Below, piece by piece: positions 13,611-27,574 of a stretch of 64,000 nt of DNA. The DNA is from Camelus dromedarius. Taxonomy: Eukaryota. The position numbers and the translations under genes were made by a program. The notes under the pieces are model-generated. The model did not search any database. It had not been told where the DNA came from and saw only the letters and a program-made list of their open reading frames with translations. The stretch lies in NCBI RefSeq assembly GCF_036321535.1, contig NC_087438.1, forward strand, positions 13,270,001 to 13,334,000. The letters are read 5' to 3'. Each line of letters opens with the position of its first letter. Position 1 is the stretch's first letter.

Positions 13611-14760
13611 ATCTAATCCGTTTTGCCTGAACAGTCTCTAGTCATAATAATTCTGTTAGAGTTTTGTTAATGTGCGTTAGTTTTGCATATTTAATCTTCT
13701 TTGAGATCTATTTTTCTATCAAGGTTCTTTCTTTGTAAACATTTTCAAATTATACTCATCTTGCAGCACTACTTTGTTCTCAGTTCAACTCAAGAAATAT
13801 TAGAAAGAATAGTTATGTGCAGGTAAATAATTTATTGCCTTCATTTAAATACACTTTATATAAGTAATCACATACAATGGCAATTGGTACTCCTTACAGA
13901 ATGCATTCCACACAAATACCAAATCTTTTTAAATACTTCTGAGTCTAAATTAAAAATAGTGCTTGATAGTAACTTCTGTATATTCTGGCTCTTGAAAAGT
14001 TAATAGACTTGGCAGAAATAATGAGAAAAAAAGTTTGTGGTAAGTCGAAGATGAAAATCTAGATTTCATAATCACTCTTCCTCTAATGAATTCTTTAAGG
14101 ATAATAGAATTCATAACCTCTAAAATAAGTATGGCTGAAAAGAGCTAGTTAGCTCTGTGAAAAAAATCATTATTATCTCTTTTAATTTTAGCTCTAGCTA
14201 TAGGACCTAGAGCCATGCCTTGCAAAAACTAGACACTCAAGTATTCATTAAATAAACGCTAAAATAAATGAAATAAATCAACTTAATTTAAGAGGCATTT
14301 ATGTAAAATGATGGTACGTACACAAGCAGAATCTGTAATTTGCCATCCCTCCCTCATCCCCCACCCACGCACACACAAAGGGAATTTGTTTCCTTTTGGA
14401 ATTTGAACAAAATTGAGCAGTTTTAGAGGAACAGAAGCTCCATCAGTACACATGAATCACACTGAGTTAGTTGCACACTCGTTTCTAAAATGTACACATA
14501 ATCCTGGATCACAGGATGAAGGGTAGACAGCTTTACTTAATGACCATTACACCCTGACAGTCCTGCAGTAACTCCCAGGTAAAGGGATCTGATTGTTTTT
14601 GTACATTTCTGGCAGGCAGATGTCACTGCCTCAATTGGAAGTAATTGGGAGGCTGGTTGGCCCCCTGAATGCTGAAGCCAAAAAGAACATTTTTCTAGAT
14701 TTGAAAGTTGATTTCATTCCTTCTGATTAACACCATTAGAGAAGAGACATATTCCCCTGA

Positions 14761-14954
14761 GCAACTGACTTTCCTCATCTTAACCCTGGCCTCCCTTTGG
14801 TCTTTTCTTAAATAATCCAATGCTTGTATATTATAAATTTATTCATTTGACATTATTTCTCAGAAGCAGAAATTCTCTTAAAATTAACACAAATAAATAC
14901 ATTTGCCAGATCAATGCTATCAATAATATGAATAGTATTGTGACAGTAATTGTG
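14761..14954 (+). repeat. Local direct duplication, copy 2 (partner at 10809-11016)
   Basis: Same colinear blocks as 10809-11016, with scattered substitutions and small indels. Confidence 0.9.
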
Positions 14955-15994
14955 CTTCTCCAGATGTTTACAAAACGTACGAGTTTGAGTTTCAAATAAT
15001 GGTCTGTCCAGTTGCCTCCCTTGACCTCCTCACTTACGTCTGAAACATAACTGAATTCCTCATGGATTTATAGCAAAACTATTGCTTATATTTTCAAGGA
15101 ATTTTTTTAGGAAACCTGAAACCCCCTGCATTGGAGCAGAGTGAATGTTTCCAGCATACTGTTGGCAATATTCTGATGTGAGAGTTTGTGTGACTTCTTA
15201 CAGAAACAATTTCTGTGCATCTTTTGGAATCGGTTCAAATTATTCTTCCTTACAGGACAGCCTTGGTTGAAACTCTTGTCATTTTCTTCCCTAAGGGAGA
15301 AAAAAAAATAGGATAAGCCATTGTTTTCCTGCTCTATACATTGAGATGGAAATGGCACTAAAACTGCCCTGAGATTATATCTATTATGAAAAGTAATTGA
15401 TCAGCGGCAAAAAAAGGTGTTTGTATCTTTAAGAAAAAAACTTAATAATAATTTTTATGGGATGATTTGAAATTCCCTGCTCAGAAAATGACTGCTTTAG
15501 TTCTCTTCCAGATTTATAATTCACCTTTAGGTCTTAAACAGAAGTTACTTGATTACTGACTGTGATGTTTTCTTGCAGAAAACAACCAAACTCGCATGCT
15601 CTGAACTTAGAAAACGAATTGAATCTGTGGCCTTTGCCACAGAATATTCTCAGTGCTGCATAAACAGGGAGGCTTTGGGTGTATTCCCAAAGCTTTATAC
15701 TTTATTAATTTTCTATAATTTAATATACGAAATGGAAGGAATTTCAGTCAGTGAATAAAGCTAAGATTTCAAGAGAAAGAAAATCCTATGTTTTAATGTG
15801 GTTCCACAGCAAATGACTTACTATGTGACTCTATGCCTTGGTTTACTCATTTTTTTAAATCAGGACAATAATCTGACATCAAATAGATTGTAGTTTGAGA
15901 AATTAATCGGTCTACATGCATGTAGTTCATTGAGCATGGTATATTCAAAGATGAAAGATCAAAAGGTCTAAATTATTTAAATAATCAAGTTATA

Positions 15995-16480
15995 TTCATC
16001 AGGGTTATTTCATTCACAAGTAATTCAAACCCAACTCAGAGTAGTTTAAACAAACAGTATTTTTTCATTTATAGGTTTGGTGAATATGGTGAGATTTTAG
16101 AAGTTCAAATCATGACGGCTGAGTTCTAATCTCTTCACCTCTCAGCTGGACCTTTCCTCTTTGTCAGCTTTGTTCTCAGTAAGGATGCCTCCATCTTTCA
16201 GAAAACTTTTTGACCGTTTGTTCAGACTTATATATTTCTCACAGGCTCTGGAACACAGGCCTCCCCAACAGCTGTAGTGAAATTCTGACGCAGGGCTTTG
16301 CTAGGCCAACCCTGAGTTGGATCCCAAACCCAAACCATCGTGTGGCCAGGAATTGGCTGCTCTCTGGTCTGCTCTGCAGGGCCAAATCTCTCACTTTTTG
16401 GCAAGAGAGGATGAGGGGTGCCTATCTAAACTACAGGCTAGAGTTTTTGTTACCAGAAGATGGGATAGTTGGGCATAGAG
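15995..16480 (-). mobile_element. Old MaLR LTR (MLT1J/K-like), decayed
   Basis: 'tcagggttatttcattcacaagtaattcaaacccaactcagagtagtttaaacaaa' and 'ccaaaccatcgtgtggccagg' resemble antisense MLT1J/K. Confidence 0.5.
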
Positions 16481-19400
16481 GAAAGAAAAAATACTTATTT
16501 CTATCAGTGTGTGTATCAATCTGGCAACCACAGTCTTCTATTTCAATTGTCCTCAATCATTTTGGGGTCCTCCATATTTTAAGATGTAAAAAAGGGGTAC
16601 TGAGAACCAAATTGATGCTAGATTGGTAGATACCATAATATATATTAAAACAGAAAGTTTTTCAATACAAAAATACCCAAGTACCATTCTAGTACCTGCT
16701 GGAGTGATGATGTCAGCACACATAACACAGCCTCTGGAAAGCTCATCTGATGACATGAGTCAAAGAACAAAGTAAGAGCATTTTGAACTAGTTTTGACCA
16801 CACAGAGCACCTGAAAATGCCAGCTGGACCCCACAAAAATCTGCAGGCCACACTGTGAGAACCCTACTCTCTCCCATCATCTCACCATAAAGGAGAAATC
16901 TGAAAGAAACCTCTCTCTCTCTCTCCTGTCCGTATAGGACTCCACTGCTGTGGGCGAGGTTCAGAACCACCTCATTCTGCTCTAGCCAACCTTTGCAACT
17001 GTTGTATGCCACCTGGAAGATCTTGATAGTATTCAAATTTAAAAGCTATAGACTTGTTCAGCATATTGCATGATTTTCTATTTCAGCATATAAAGGAAAA
17101 AAAAAGAAACCTGCTTTGAATGGTATAAAGTTCTCACGATCTGAGCATCGTCTCTTCTCTCTCTTTTTCATTGTATTCCGTACTTTAGAATTCATGAAGA
17201 ACACGAGCACAAAAAAGCTCTCAGGTCTTTTACTTTTGATGGTGCTCTACCATTTCCTGAAATTCATTTTACTATCCCTCGGCATGAGGTTTACCTTAAC
17301 AAAACTTTCCAATCTGCAGTATTTTATTTGCTTCCAGGAGATAGGTTTACGCACAATTTCCATATGCTCCCTGATACTTTCTTTCACCATGGATTCAAAC
17401 TCCTAATTAAGCTTGAAAAACACTAGGGAGAAATAAATTCAAAAGGTACTTGTCTTAAAGAATTGCCCTAGAGCTCAGCAAATGACTACCCAATCTGTAA
17501 AGTCAGGTCATTAATTAAACATGACATATTTGCGTGGCTCTTTGAAAGATCAGGATTGCAACCTCAGAATAGCACTGGTTAATAGAACTCTGCATAGTTT
17601 TTTTAAAATTTTATATTAGGAGAAATAATTTAATTTTTGCATTTGTATCACAATAACTTCTTTTATTACTAAATTTTAGTAGAAGTTTTATGATTACTTT
17701 TGTGCACAGAAAATATCTACGAGCTTGAAAATTGTGACATAGATTGTCAATGTGATGTCGAATTCCATATATACATAAAATTTGCATATGTCTAATATAG
17801 GCGAAGTGCTTTGCAATAAATTGAATGTGTGGCTGTGCCAGTCAATTTTTTGCAAGTTTGAAATTGACATTTTTAAATGCTATATATTTTCTTAAGGAGA
17901 TAATCACATTTATTGCAATATTTTATATGATTTGCTTATTATGTGTTTTGTTTTTATGTCTTCTTTCTATTAGAATTTAAGCTCCCTGAGGGCAGATCAT
18001 TGTCTGAAATGTCCCAAGCACACAGAACATAATAAAAATAAAACAGATTATTTGTGGAATTTCTGAATTCAGCAAATAGCAAGCAGGCGAGATACTAGGT
18101 CATACCATTATATGGAAGATTACTCATATTTTGAACTTTTGAGAAATACACATGATCGTGAAGGCCCATTTTTAGCCACTTTAAACAAAGCATCTGTATG
18201 TGTGTTTTAAAAGTTCTCCAGGTGAATCTGATGTATATCATAATGTCTCTATCACTAATGGAAAATATAAACATTAATTGTCATCATTAAGAAATCATCC
18301 TTAATAGAAGCATAATATTTGAACAGCGGGTCTAAGGGAAACACCAAAGAAGAGGGAAAAAAAATATGCTGCTACCTGGGAAATCAAATTGTTATTTTGG
18401 AAAAGAAAAATTTGTGAGACGCTAATGACTTTAAAAACAGCTTTAGTATAGGTGTTCTTGAAAGGTCTTCTTTCTGTAGAAGAAGTATTTCATCAAACCG
18501 AAAGAATACAAGGTAATAACAAAGTCTAATAATGAAGCCTCCTAAGATGTGAGGACACAGACATTCATTAATGAGCTGTAGAAAATTCTGCTTATGACAG
18601 TGCTCATGATTGTGATCATAAATGAATGTCATCAAGTGGCACCTAATTAGTGTGATTAACCAACTTCAGAGCTCATGGGAGAATGCCTTCCTTTCCACAT
18701 GGAAAATGCTTTACATTTGGGATCAATGCCTTGTATCTAAAACACCTGCTAATAGAGCACTTTTCTTGTTTTCAGTCTCATATATCCGATTAGTCTGCTA
18801 TTAGGCGGCATGCCTGTTAGATAAGCCTGAATGACCTTGGAAATAATGAGGCACATTATTTGATAGGACTCTTCATAGTGAATTTGATGAGACTGAGTAT
18901 CAGGAATCCTAGCACAGGGTTTGAAACCCAAGCCTTATTCACTTTCTTTTAAATAGCCTTAAACAAATTAAATGAGCTTGATCATCTAGGTAATTTGCAA
19001 GAGTGAATACATACACCATATCACTGGGAAAATTTACATGGGGAAGAAATCCACGTGACAAATAAAATAATGTCAATTGTAAATGAAGACTTAGACTAAA
19101 TATTCATTAATAGGGACAAGAACATTTTGAATCACATTATACAGTTTTTTTAATTCTTTTTCGTTACAGGGTATAACAAAGGTATTGAATGTAGTTCCCT
19201 ATGCTACACAGCCATTATATAGTTCTGTGTTGGCACTTTCAGGAGCAACTTTGCATCATAGGTTGGGGCAATCTGTGCGCATCAAACTTAATAAAAGTAT
19301 ATCATAGCATTTTGAAAACGATGAAGAGTTATACAGTCATCTGTGCCTCTAGAGTTCGTCTTAAGCACAATATCAAACATTTAAGCATCCAAATTTCAGA

Positions 19401-22400
19401 AATGCAGGTAATATTTTTTAAAAAATTATATCTCTTAAACCATAGTATTCTCACACAAACTATATCTCTTTTGAAAGTTATTACATTATTTATTTAACAT
19501 AGGAGTATACATTTTTAAAATTTATTGAGGAATTAAATTGGAATCTGTAATTACTAGCACAAGTTGAATTTAGAAAAAGAAAAAGAAAAACAAAGATCTT
19601 GGTTTTAAAGAAGTCACTCACTGCCTAGGCTCACTTTCTTCATCTAGAAAATCAGAATCTAAGTCCCTTGTTGGGGTTATTATAAGAATCAATTCAGGCC
19701 AGGGATAAACACTCTTCTTTTAACTTTGTGAATTATAATACATTTATTTTTCTTGTGAGATAAAAAATAACTTTGAATGTCCGTACTACACTGAGTTCAG
19801 TTTTGGGCATGTGAAGCTAACTTATATGCAGCCCCTCCCCTTGATATAGTCCTTATTTTGTTTTCTGAATTTAAATTTTGCTTCTTTCTGGGGATCATTT
19901 ATGTTCTAGAAGATTGGAACTTTGTTCTCCCAAATTTTGAAACTGTTTTTCCCCAAGGAGACAGCATATCTGAATAAAAAGAGCCATAAATTTAAGGTAA
20001 AGGAGTAAATTGACTTCATGATTTGCTTGCTCTATACAATATGAACTCAATTTCTTAATCTATAAACTAGATATACTGATGCTTATACTAAAAATGCTCT
20101 TTTAGATGTTAGAACTATCAACAATTATATACCTAAGTTGTTAAATGTCTATAAATCATCAAGTACTTATAAAATGCATTCACTGAAAAATATAGTTGGA
20201 AGATGAAAATGGGAAAGAGAGCTAAAGTCAGTCTTCTTTAGAAACTGGATGTCACTAACTTCATTAGGTATGAGGTAAACTGGAATAAATTTCAAATTGG
20301 TTCATTCACATAACTGACTCCACAACCAACATTTAAATACAAATTCCAAAGTGTTTTAACAATTATGCTGTGATCACTGTATCAATATATTTCATAATAT
20401 AAAAATAGAAAAACCTAATTTTAAATTTGTCCTCAAAAATCACCTGATACTTAGAAAAGCATTTTAAGTGGCTATTGTTTATTCAATTATATCATTCCCA
20501 TACAACCTATCATTTTGTTCAGCATTGGAAGGAAAGTGTAAACAGCTGGTTCCCATGGTATTTCCTCTCCTTTTGCGGTGTCTGAACATTTTCTTTTCTC
20601 TAGTCTCAGTGCAACATATAATTCAAGATATCACAGTTTATCTAATAACCTGAAATCTGGCTGAGTTGTATGTATCAGACCAAGCACTGGGACTGCATGC
20701 TCAGGGCTGTTTATTGAATAAAAAGCAACGAATATTGATGGAATTCAGAGGAACCAGGAGAATTGGGGTTGATTGTGCATGTCTAAAGGGCCTTGGTATA
20801 AAATCTGATGGCTTCCTTGAATTGAGGTTTTCCTCAAACATTCTGCCTAGTCCTTTATGTACACGCAGGTGCTAAGGACAGGATTACTCAGGCACGAGAT
20901 ACTATACCTACAATGTTGTATACACTGTATGGTTTCTGGACCTACTGAGTGTGATGTGATGAGTTTGTCACTCTGAAAGCAAGACAGAAACACTAATGCT
21001 ACTTAGAACAGAGTGGACATTGTAGTGCTATATCAATCCCCTAAAATTTCTGAGCTACTTAATAGATATGCATGCATATGCATATAAATATATATACAGA
21101 TATTTCCTCTAATATAGCTTTTTACAATATCATTTATTTCCAGATACAGTGTTTCTAAAAATTATTATTAAATGGTGTTGTATCAAGTTTTGGCCAAAAT
21201 TGGTTGCCTTTTACTATACTTTGAAACTCTTGGCATTCAGAGTAGAGCAGTACAAGTCAAAACATATAGAGAGATTGATTTACACATTGTGAATATATTA
21301 ATGCACTCAAAAAGTTGATTCAGTCACTCATATAGTGTACCTGGCTTGATGAGAATGCCAGGAGGGATTTCAAATATCTTGGTAATTGCCATAATGGAAT
21401 TTGAGACAGAAGACATTGAGTTGAGAAGCTGAGAAAAATGTATCAAGGTTTAAAATCTATATGAAGCTATTAATTCTGTCTCATTTAACTCCAGTAATTT
21501 TGTACTCAGAAGATCAAGATTTATCAGAATATCTCTAGTAGCTTTGAAACAATAAAGTGCAAGTCTTGAGTTACTGTCAAATCCGATGTTGTTAAATATA
21601 CTGAATAGCCCAAAGGACATGGCTAAACCCTGCAATGCTTGGCTTTATCATGAGATTTAATAAGTTGCCTCTTGGTGATACAGTAATAAGCTTAGCTAGA
21701 GTAATTTCCTTTCATAACTTTGTGATTACTAAATGTATAATATATTCATAATTTTTTATGGAATCAATTAAAATAATGATCCCTAATCATAACCTTCTAA
21801 AATTTTCAGTTGAATCAAATCAATTTATTACTACTAAAATTACTTTAATATGTCTTCTACATTTTTTTTTTTCCCTGGGGAAACATTTCATAAGCAAGAC
21901 TGGAAAGCATCCATGATGGAGACCTATCTGAAAACACATTTCCTAAAAATGTCACTTTTTGAACATCATATCAATGCTCAAATGTGAGACCATTTCATTT
22001 AACAAATAAATCCAAAGTTAATTCATTTTGTATCTATGATGTGCTGAGCACTCTTCTTCGAGGTGATGTTTAAAGTGTCTGGAGCATCCATAGATTCTTA
22101 CTACAAACACAAGGTCATGGTTATCAGGACCTTATACCAGTTTGGATCAAGCAGCATCTTATAAAACCTAATATTGTATTAGATCCTTTGATAGTCTCTA
22201 ATTTTCCCACCTCTCACAAGTTCAACTCTTTTTAATTCATAAGTGAATTGAAGGGCAGTGCCTCATATATGTCGCTTGGAAATTCTTGGCTCATAACAAA
22301 ACATACAGATTCTGGACTCTTCATATTTAGCATTGTGCTTGGAAAAAGTCCTGCTTATCTAACTTTCAAAAATTGGAGATGAACTTGTGCAAAGACTCTT

Positions 22401-22869
22401 CTTTAAAAACCATAAATAATAGTAGAGTAATAATAGCCAATGGCCTCACCACATTCATTAAGCAGTGTTCTCTTCCTGTGTTCACATGAGCTATTTCAAA
22501 CATACAGGGAACAATCCCACTGTTTAATCATGATTTTTCTTAATGCTGTTGCCTCATAAGCCACAAGGAAAAGCAGAAGCCATAAACTGAGAATGTTCTC
22601 AACATACTGCCATCCAACATAAGAACAAAGATTTCTTTATGCTCATTCTTTCCCTGCATCACTCCTTTTTCTTTGGATCAGGTGATTATAAAATCTCCAA
22701 GAGGATTTGATTTTTCTTGTATTTTGGATCTAGTAGGCATTATTAGCTCTATCAGAAATTGAACTTTCTTAGTCACGCTCCAAATCCTCCAAATCTCCAA
22801 TAAGTTATTCCTTCCATTTTTAGAGTTTGCTCGAGTGTCTCATATCCTGCTATATATTCATTTGATTTG

Positions 22870-23700
22870 AATTCATCATTTTTACATTCACTCACTTTTC
22901 AGCTTAATAATCTCTGACTCACTCCTTATTTAAGTAAAACTTCTTTGAATGATATCTCAAATAAACTCTTCACATTTAAAGTTAATTGACTCATCGTTTT
23001 TATCCTACTTGATTTATTGAAAATAATAGATATGCTTAGCTACTCTATTTCATGAAATATTTTTCTTGGCTTCCATGATACCATATTGCTTTTCCTTTTT
23101 TATCTCTGGCATTTCTTTAGTATCTTTCATTCATGTTCCTATTTTCTGTCCTTAAACATTAATATTTTCTTTATCCTCTTTTATTTCTCAGTTTAAATTT
23201 ACTTTTGGGCATTTTTTTATTTTCAGATATAACAATATCTATATTTCTAATTAAGTATCTTCTTAAACACATGCTTGTATATCCAAATGTCTAATGAACA
23301 CCTACCTGTCTTACAGTTCTTCCATATAAACATAATGAAAACTATCTCCAACTTTCCTTATTTCAGTGAATAATATGTTTTCTCTTTCTATAAGTTGCCC
23401 AAGACAGGAACCTGAAACTCATTTTTGATTCTTAGCTTACATTCATATGCCAAGGTCAATAAAATCAGTCACTGAGTCTTGTAAGTATCATTTATATCCA
23501 CCATATTTCTCCACCGACCTGGCTCTGTTCCCTAAGCAGTGTTCTCTCCCTTTCTCCACATAAACTACTTCAAACGTTCCTTATTGTGTTACCCCTCACT
23601 ACTGACTTTACTAAATGATCTTTCTATCTTCTTTAATGATCTCCTATGTATTCTCCATAGTGCAGACATAGCCAGCTAAAAGCAAATGTGGCCATGACAT
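22870..23700 (+). mobile_element. LINE-2 fragment
   Basis: 'ttttcttggcttccatgataccat', 'tgtatatccaaatgtctaatgaacacc' and 'gttgcccaagacaggaacctgaaactcatttttgattc' are typical L2 segments. Confidence 0.6.
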
Positions 23701-24145
23701 ACCCTTTACCTGCATAATACCAATAGTTGGGATTCTAATTCAATGTCACTTCCTCCAATAATTAAAGGTCCTGAGCTTCAGCGTCATTTTGCTAAAGCAT
23801 TAGGGGCAGCGTGATTTATTTTATATTTTATGTTTATAAAAAGCAGGAAGGTAGACTAAGGATATGTCACGAGTGTCCCTCTGAAGAGCCAGCCTCACTC
23901 ACTCAGCCATATTATTATCTCCTTTCGCCAGATTTAGGCTTTCCAACCTACAGCTCAGTTAATGGTTCCCTTGTCCCATTCGGTGGTGAATCGCTAGCCA
24001 ACATGCTGGTTCTCAAGTACCAACTTGGACCTCTTGCAAGAAGAACAAGACTTTTAAAATATTTACTCTATTAATTAGAACAGATAAGGTTGACCCTGTG
24101 GGGGCAGTAATATGTGTGAGGAGTAACTCCTCTCTGCATATATGG

Positions 24146-24388
24146 GTGATCTGTGAACAATAAGGAAGTTAGGGGCATTGTCTGTGCAGTGAAAAATCTG
24201 CATGTAACTTACACTTGGCCCTCAGTATACACAAGATCTCTATATCCTGATTCTTTCATATCTGTGATCTGCACCCACAGATTCAACCAACCTCAGGTGG
24301 TGTAGCATCATAGTATACATTTAATGAAAAAATCTGCATACAAATGGAGGTGCACAGTTCAAACCCCTATTGTTCAAGGGTCTGCTGT
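24146..24388 (+). mobile_element. Tigger2a-like TcMar MITE
   Basis: 'gttaggggcatt...gcagtgaaaaatctgcatgtaactt...gattcaaccaacc...gcacagttcaaacccctattgttcaagggtc...tgta'. Confidence 0.75.
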
Positions 24389-24694
24389 ATACAACACGCT
24401 GCCATTTCATCCCAGGGTGATGCAGAGATGCTCAATAAAACTCCTCTACCAGAGTGCCAAGTGGTAAGTGGAACACCAATAACTTTTATTTATTTTTAAC
24501 TGCAGTCTACTTGAATACAACTTTTCTCAAATGATTTTCAACTACTTTAAATGTTTTTCTTCCCAAGGGCAGTATAAGGCTTTCTCATGTTCATTTTCTG
24601 AGTGATGAGAACTTCCGTTGTATCATTTCCTCTTTCTTAAAGGTGGGTTCTTGGTATATATCATGTTCTCTGATGCCTCTGAATCTACTTTCAA

Positions 24695-25226
24695 AGCAAA
24701 AGTACCAAAGTTAAACAGTCAAGGAACAGTTTATTCAAGGTTATTGCAATACTCAGTCAGCTCAGTCTGATCCAAAGGGCTGGAGAGTTTTTAAGAATTG
24801 GGATGGTGAAGGTTCCTAGGCCATCCAGGTGTACAAATTTGCTAATTGCTTCACCCCTCCAACCTTAAAAAAAAAAAAGAAAACTTTTTCTATTATCTTC
24901 ATGCATGAGGTAGTCTTACAACGTGTAAGAAGATACCCAGAGAAGTTAGCTCTCATCCTCCCATTGAAACTGGGGGGCTGGGGGCTCACATCTTCCCTGA
25001 GAATTACAGTTCAAAGGGATCGTCCACTTGAGAAGACATTCCTAACTGTAAAACTGACAAGAAGCTTTTTACCAAGATTCCCACCTCAAAGGGGTGAGAA
25101 AGATTTATAATGATAAGTTTTCTGAGGTAAATGCTCTAAGAAAAGGGAGGCCAGAGGCCAAGAGTCAGGACGAAGTCCGTGTGTAGCTTAGCCTGACTGA
25201 GGCGAACAGGAAGGCCTTCTTGGTCA
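24695..25226 (-). mobile_element. ERV1-class solo LTR (MER67-like)
   Basis: The minus strand begins TGACCAAGAAGGCCTTCC... and contains 'cctcccttttcttagagcatttacc', as recalled for MER67-type LTRs. Minus-strand AATAAA near 24730. Confidence 0.7.
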
Positions 25227-26244
25227 CCATCAGTCATGGCTTTTGATACATAAGGAAAATGGGAAATCAGGAAAGTAAGTTTGTCCTTCTCTGAACAAAC
25301 ATTTCCTTTCATATCTTGTAGTGAATAAAGTTAGAGAAAAACTTCTTTTTGTTGTTGTTCTGTATTACCAGTGTAGTTTCAAAGACAATTGGCAGATGGG
25401 GGAGAGAAATCATACAAAAAGGAACGAGAAGAAAAAGAAAAGAAAGTGTAGCATAATTTTATAGTTTAAAAGAATGATCTATTTACAAAAGTCAAGTTAT
25501 TTCTACACTACTTACTGGAATTACTTATTCAGTAATCTCCCTTCTAATCTGATGGTAAGCTCTATAAGGACCAGGAATATCTTGTCCATTTTTTTCAACT
25601 AACCCTGTGTCTGAAATAGAGTAGCTGCTTCAGAATATTAAGGAATAGATGAATAAATCAATGAACTCGTAGAGAACTCCTGAGAGAGAAAACAATGTTA
25701 GATATACATATTTTAAACATACATCAGAACTCAAAAGCCTGATTGCCTCTCCACCTACTTTTTCTCAATGCTGTTGGAATACAAGGCTTCATTTTGATTA
25801 ATATTTTGTGTCTGAAACACCAGAACTCTGGCAGCTTCATCCATATATTTTGAAATTGTAATTTGTTCTTAGTCCCCATTTCATGACAGATTGTTTGACA
25901 ATATATTTGACAAAGTAGAAGAACCTAATAATCTCACTGCTCCAAACACCTATACTTGCGAGAGTTGTGTCTTTCTTATTTCTGAATTTTAGATGTCTCA
26001 TAACACATTTATAAAGTTACAATGGGAAAAAACCTTTCTCGTTCTGCCTTGAATGGCTGGATCTGAGATAGCATCTCAAGGCAAACAATGACAATTAAAA
26101 AACACCTCTTAACAGGTATTCTATGGCAAGCATGGAATATCCTAATTAGACTCGATGAGGAGATTGTATTATATCTACAGGGAAATGTCCGTGCAACTAC
26201 CTGTCAATTTTAAACGTTCTTTTAGAATTACGACTGTAGATTTA

Positions 26245-26426
26245 AAAGTGACAGCGTGAGACACCTAGTTACATTTCTTTTTCAGATGAGCAACAAATAG
26301 CATGTCAATATGAGTACATTCCATGCAATATGTGGGATGTTTATACTTTTTAGAACATTTGGTTGTTGGGTTTTAATCTGAAATTCAAATTTACCTGGAT
26401 ATCTTGTATTTTATCTGGCAACTCTA
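26245..26426. mobile_element. MER53 palindromic hAT MITE
   Basis: 'ttcagatgagcaacaaat...ccatgcaatatgtgggatgtttatact...tctgaaattcaaatttacctggatatcttgtattttatctggcaactcta'. Confidence 0.8.
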
Positions 26427-26447
26427 CTTAGAATGGATATTCGGACA

Positions 26448-26583
26448 GGAGGGTATAGCTCAGTAGTAGAGTACACACTTAGCATGTAGGAGGTCCTGGG
26501 TTCAATCCCCACTACCTCCATTTAAAAATAAATAAACCTAATTACCTCGCCAATCCAAAAAAAGTAGAAAAAAATTTTTAAAA
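26448..26583 (+). mobile_element. tRNA-derived SINE (camelid Vic-1-like)
   Basis: A box 'tagctcagtagtaga', B box 'gggttcaatccc', A-rich tail, and 16-bp TSD AATGGATATTC(G/A)GACA at 26432-26447 and 26584-26599. Confidence 0.9.
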
Positions 26584-27574
26584 AATGGATATTCAGACAA
26601 CCAGTCTTCTGTGAAGTGATTCAAAGAGGAGAGTAAAATTTTGAGAATCAGACTAATCCAGAATACTGTGATCCAGTAGACGGGAAAGAAATAGCTTGCT
26701 GACTTCAATAAGAAAGATAAGAATTTTTAAAAATATCTTTTATTTTCTGATCATAAAATTTTCTAGGAATACTGGTTATCCATCATTCTTCTGTTTGTAC
26801 TGAATTCAATTTTAAGAAGGTCCTGGAGGGTATTGGAGTACACAGCACAGTCTTAAAATTGCTGCTGTTTTATTCTGATTCATGTAATATACAATTGATC
26901 AATCCTTGCTAAGAAATGAATTCCCCAGTATCCTTTTTTATTGCGTTTTCAGTGAATTCAGCATATTCTTGAGGTAAGTAATATTTCTTGGCAAGGAATT
27001 ATTTAGCTCATAGAAATGTCCATATTTTCATTAGTTATAGAAGAATAAAACACATGACAGCTTTAAAACAAACTTCTGATAATTTATTATGGAGTTTTCT
27101 TCTTTATTTCTAACTCAATTCAAATGTTTCATGTCAGTAACTGAGTACATTAGAGCTATAATGACATTTAATATAAAGACGATGATTATATTCATTTGAA
27201 TGTTGAGATATGTGTGGGTATGTGTATGTGTATCATATGAACCTCACACAGCCGATTAAATGACAGACTGGATTAACACTATCCACTTACCTAGAAAATA
27301 AGCTTCTTTCACACTTGTACCCAAGCAAAGTAATAGCTTTTTTTTGGTGCTGAATATAATGATCATTTTTTTAAAAGTAGATCTCTAGCCTTAGAGTCTG
27401 CAAGTTGGATCGATGAGGCTTAGTATGACCATGTAACACAGCAAATTAACCAATCCTTTAAAATAAAGTTAGCTAATTTCACTTCCTTATGCTCTTGTGA
27501 ACAAACAACTTTTAGCTTTTCCTTCAAATGCAGGAAAGTATAAATGACGATGCTCTCCAGGACTAGCAGGCAGC

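Noticed and set aside
16210..16629. 139-aa ORF
   Set aside because: TTG start, overlaps a decayed MaLR LTR, and has no recognisable domain.
16697..16826. Possible C/D box snoRNA (GTGATGA ... CTGA, with GCTGG/CCAGC ends)
   Set aside because: The terminal stem is offset from the D box, I recognise no rRNA/snRNA antisense element, and such short motifs arise by chance. An Rfam/snoscan hit would be needed.
26448..26520. tRNA gene (A and B boxes present)
   Set aside because: It continues into a SINE body and A-rich tail with a 16-bp TSD, and a second copy occurs at 28011-28160, so it is a SINE head.
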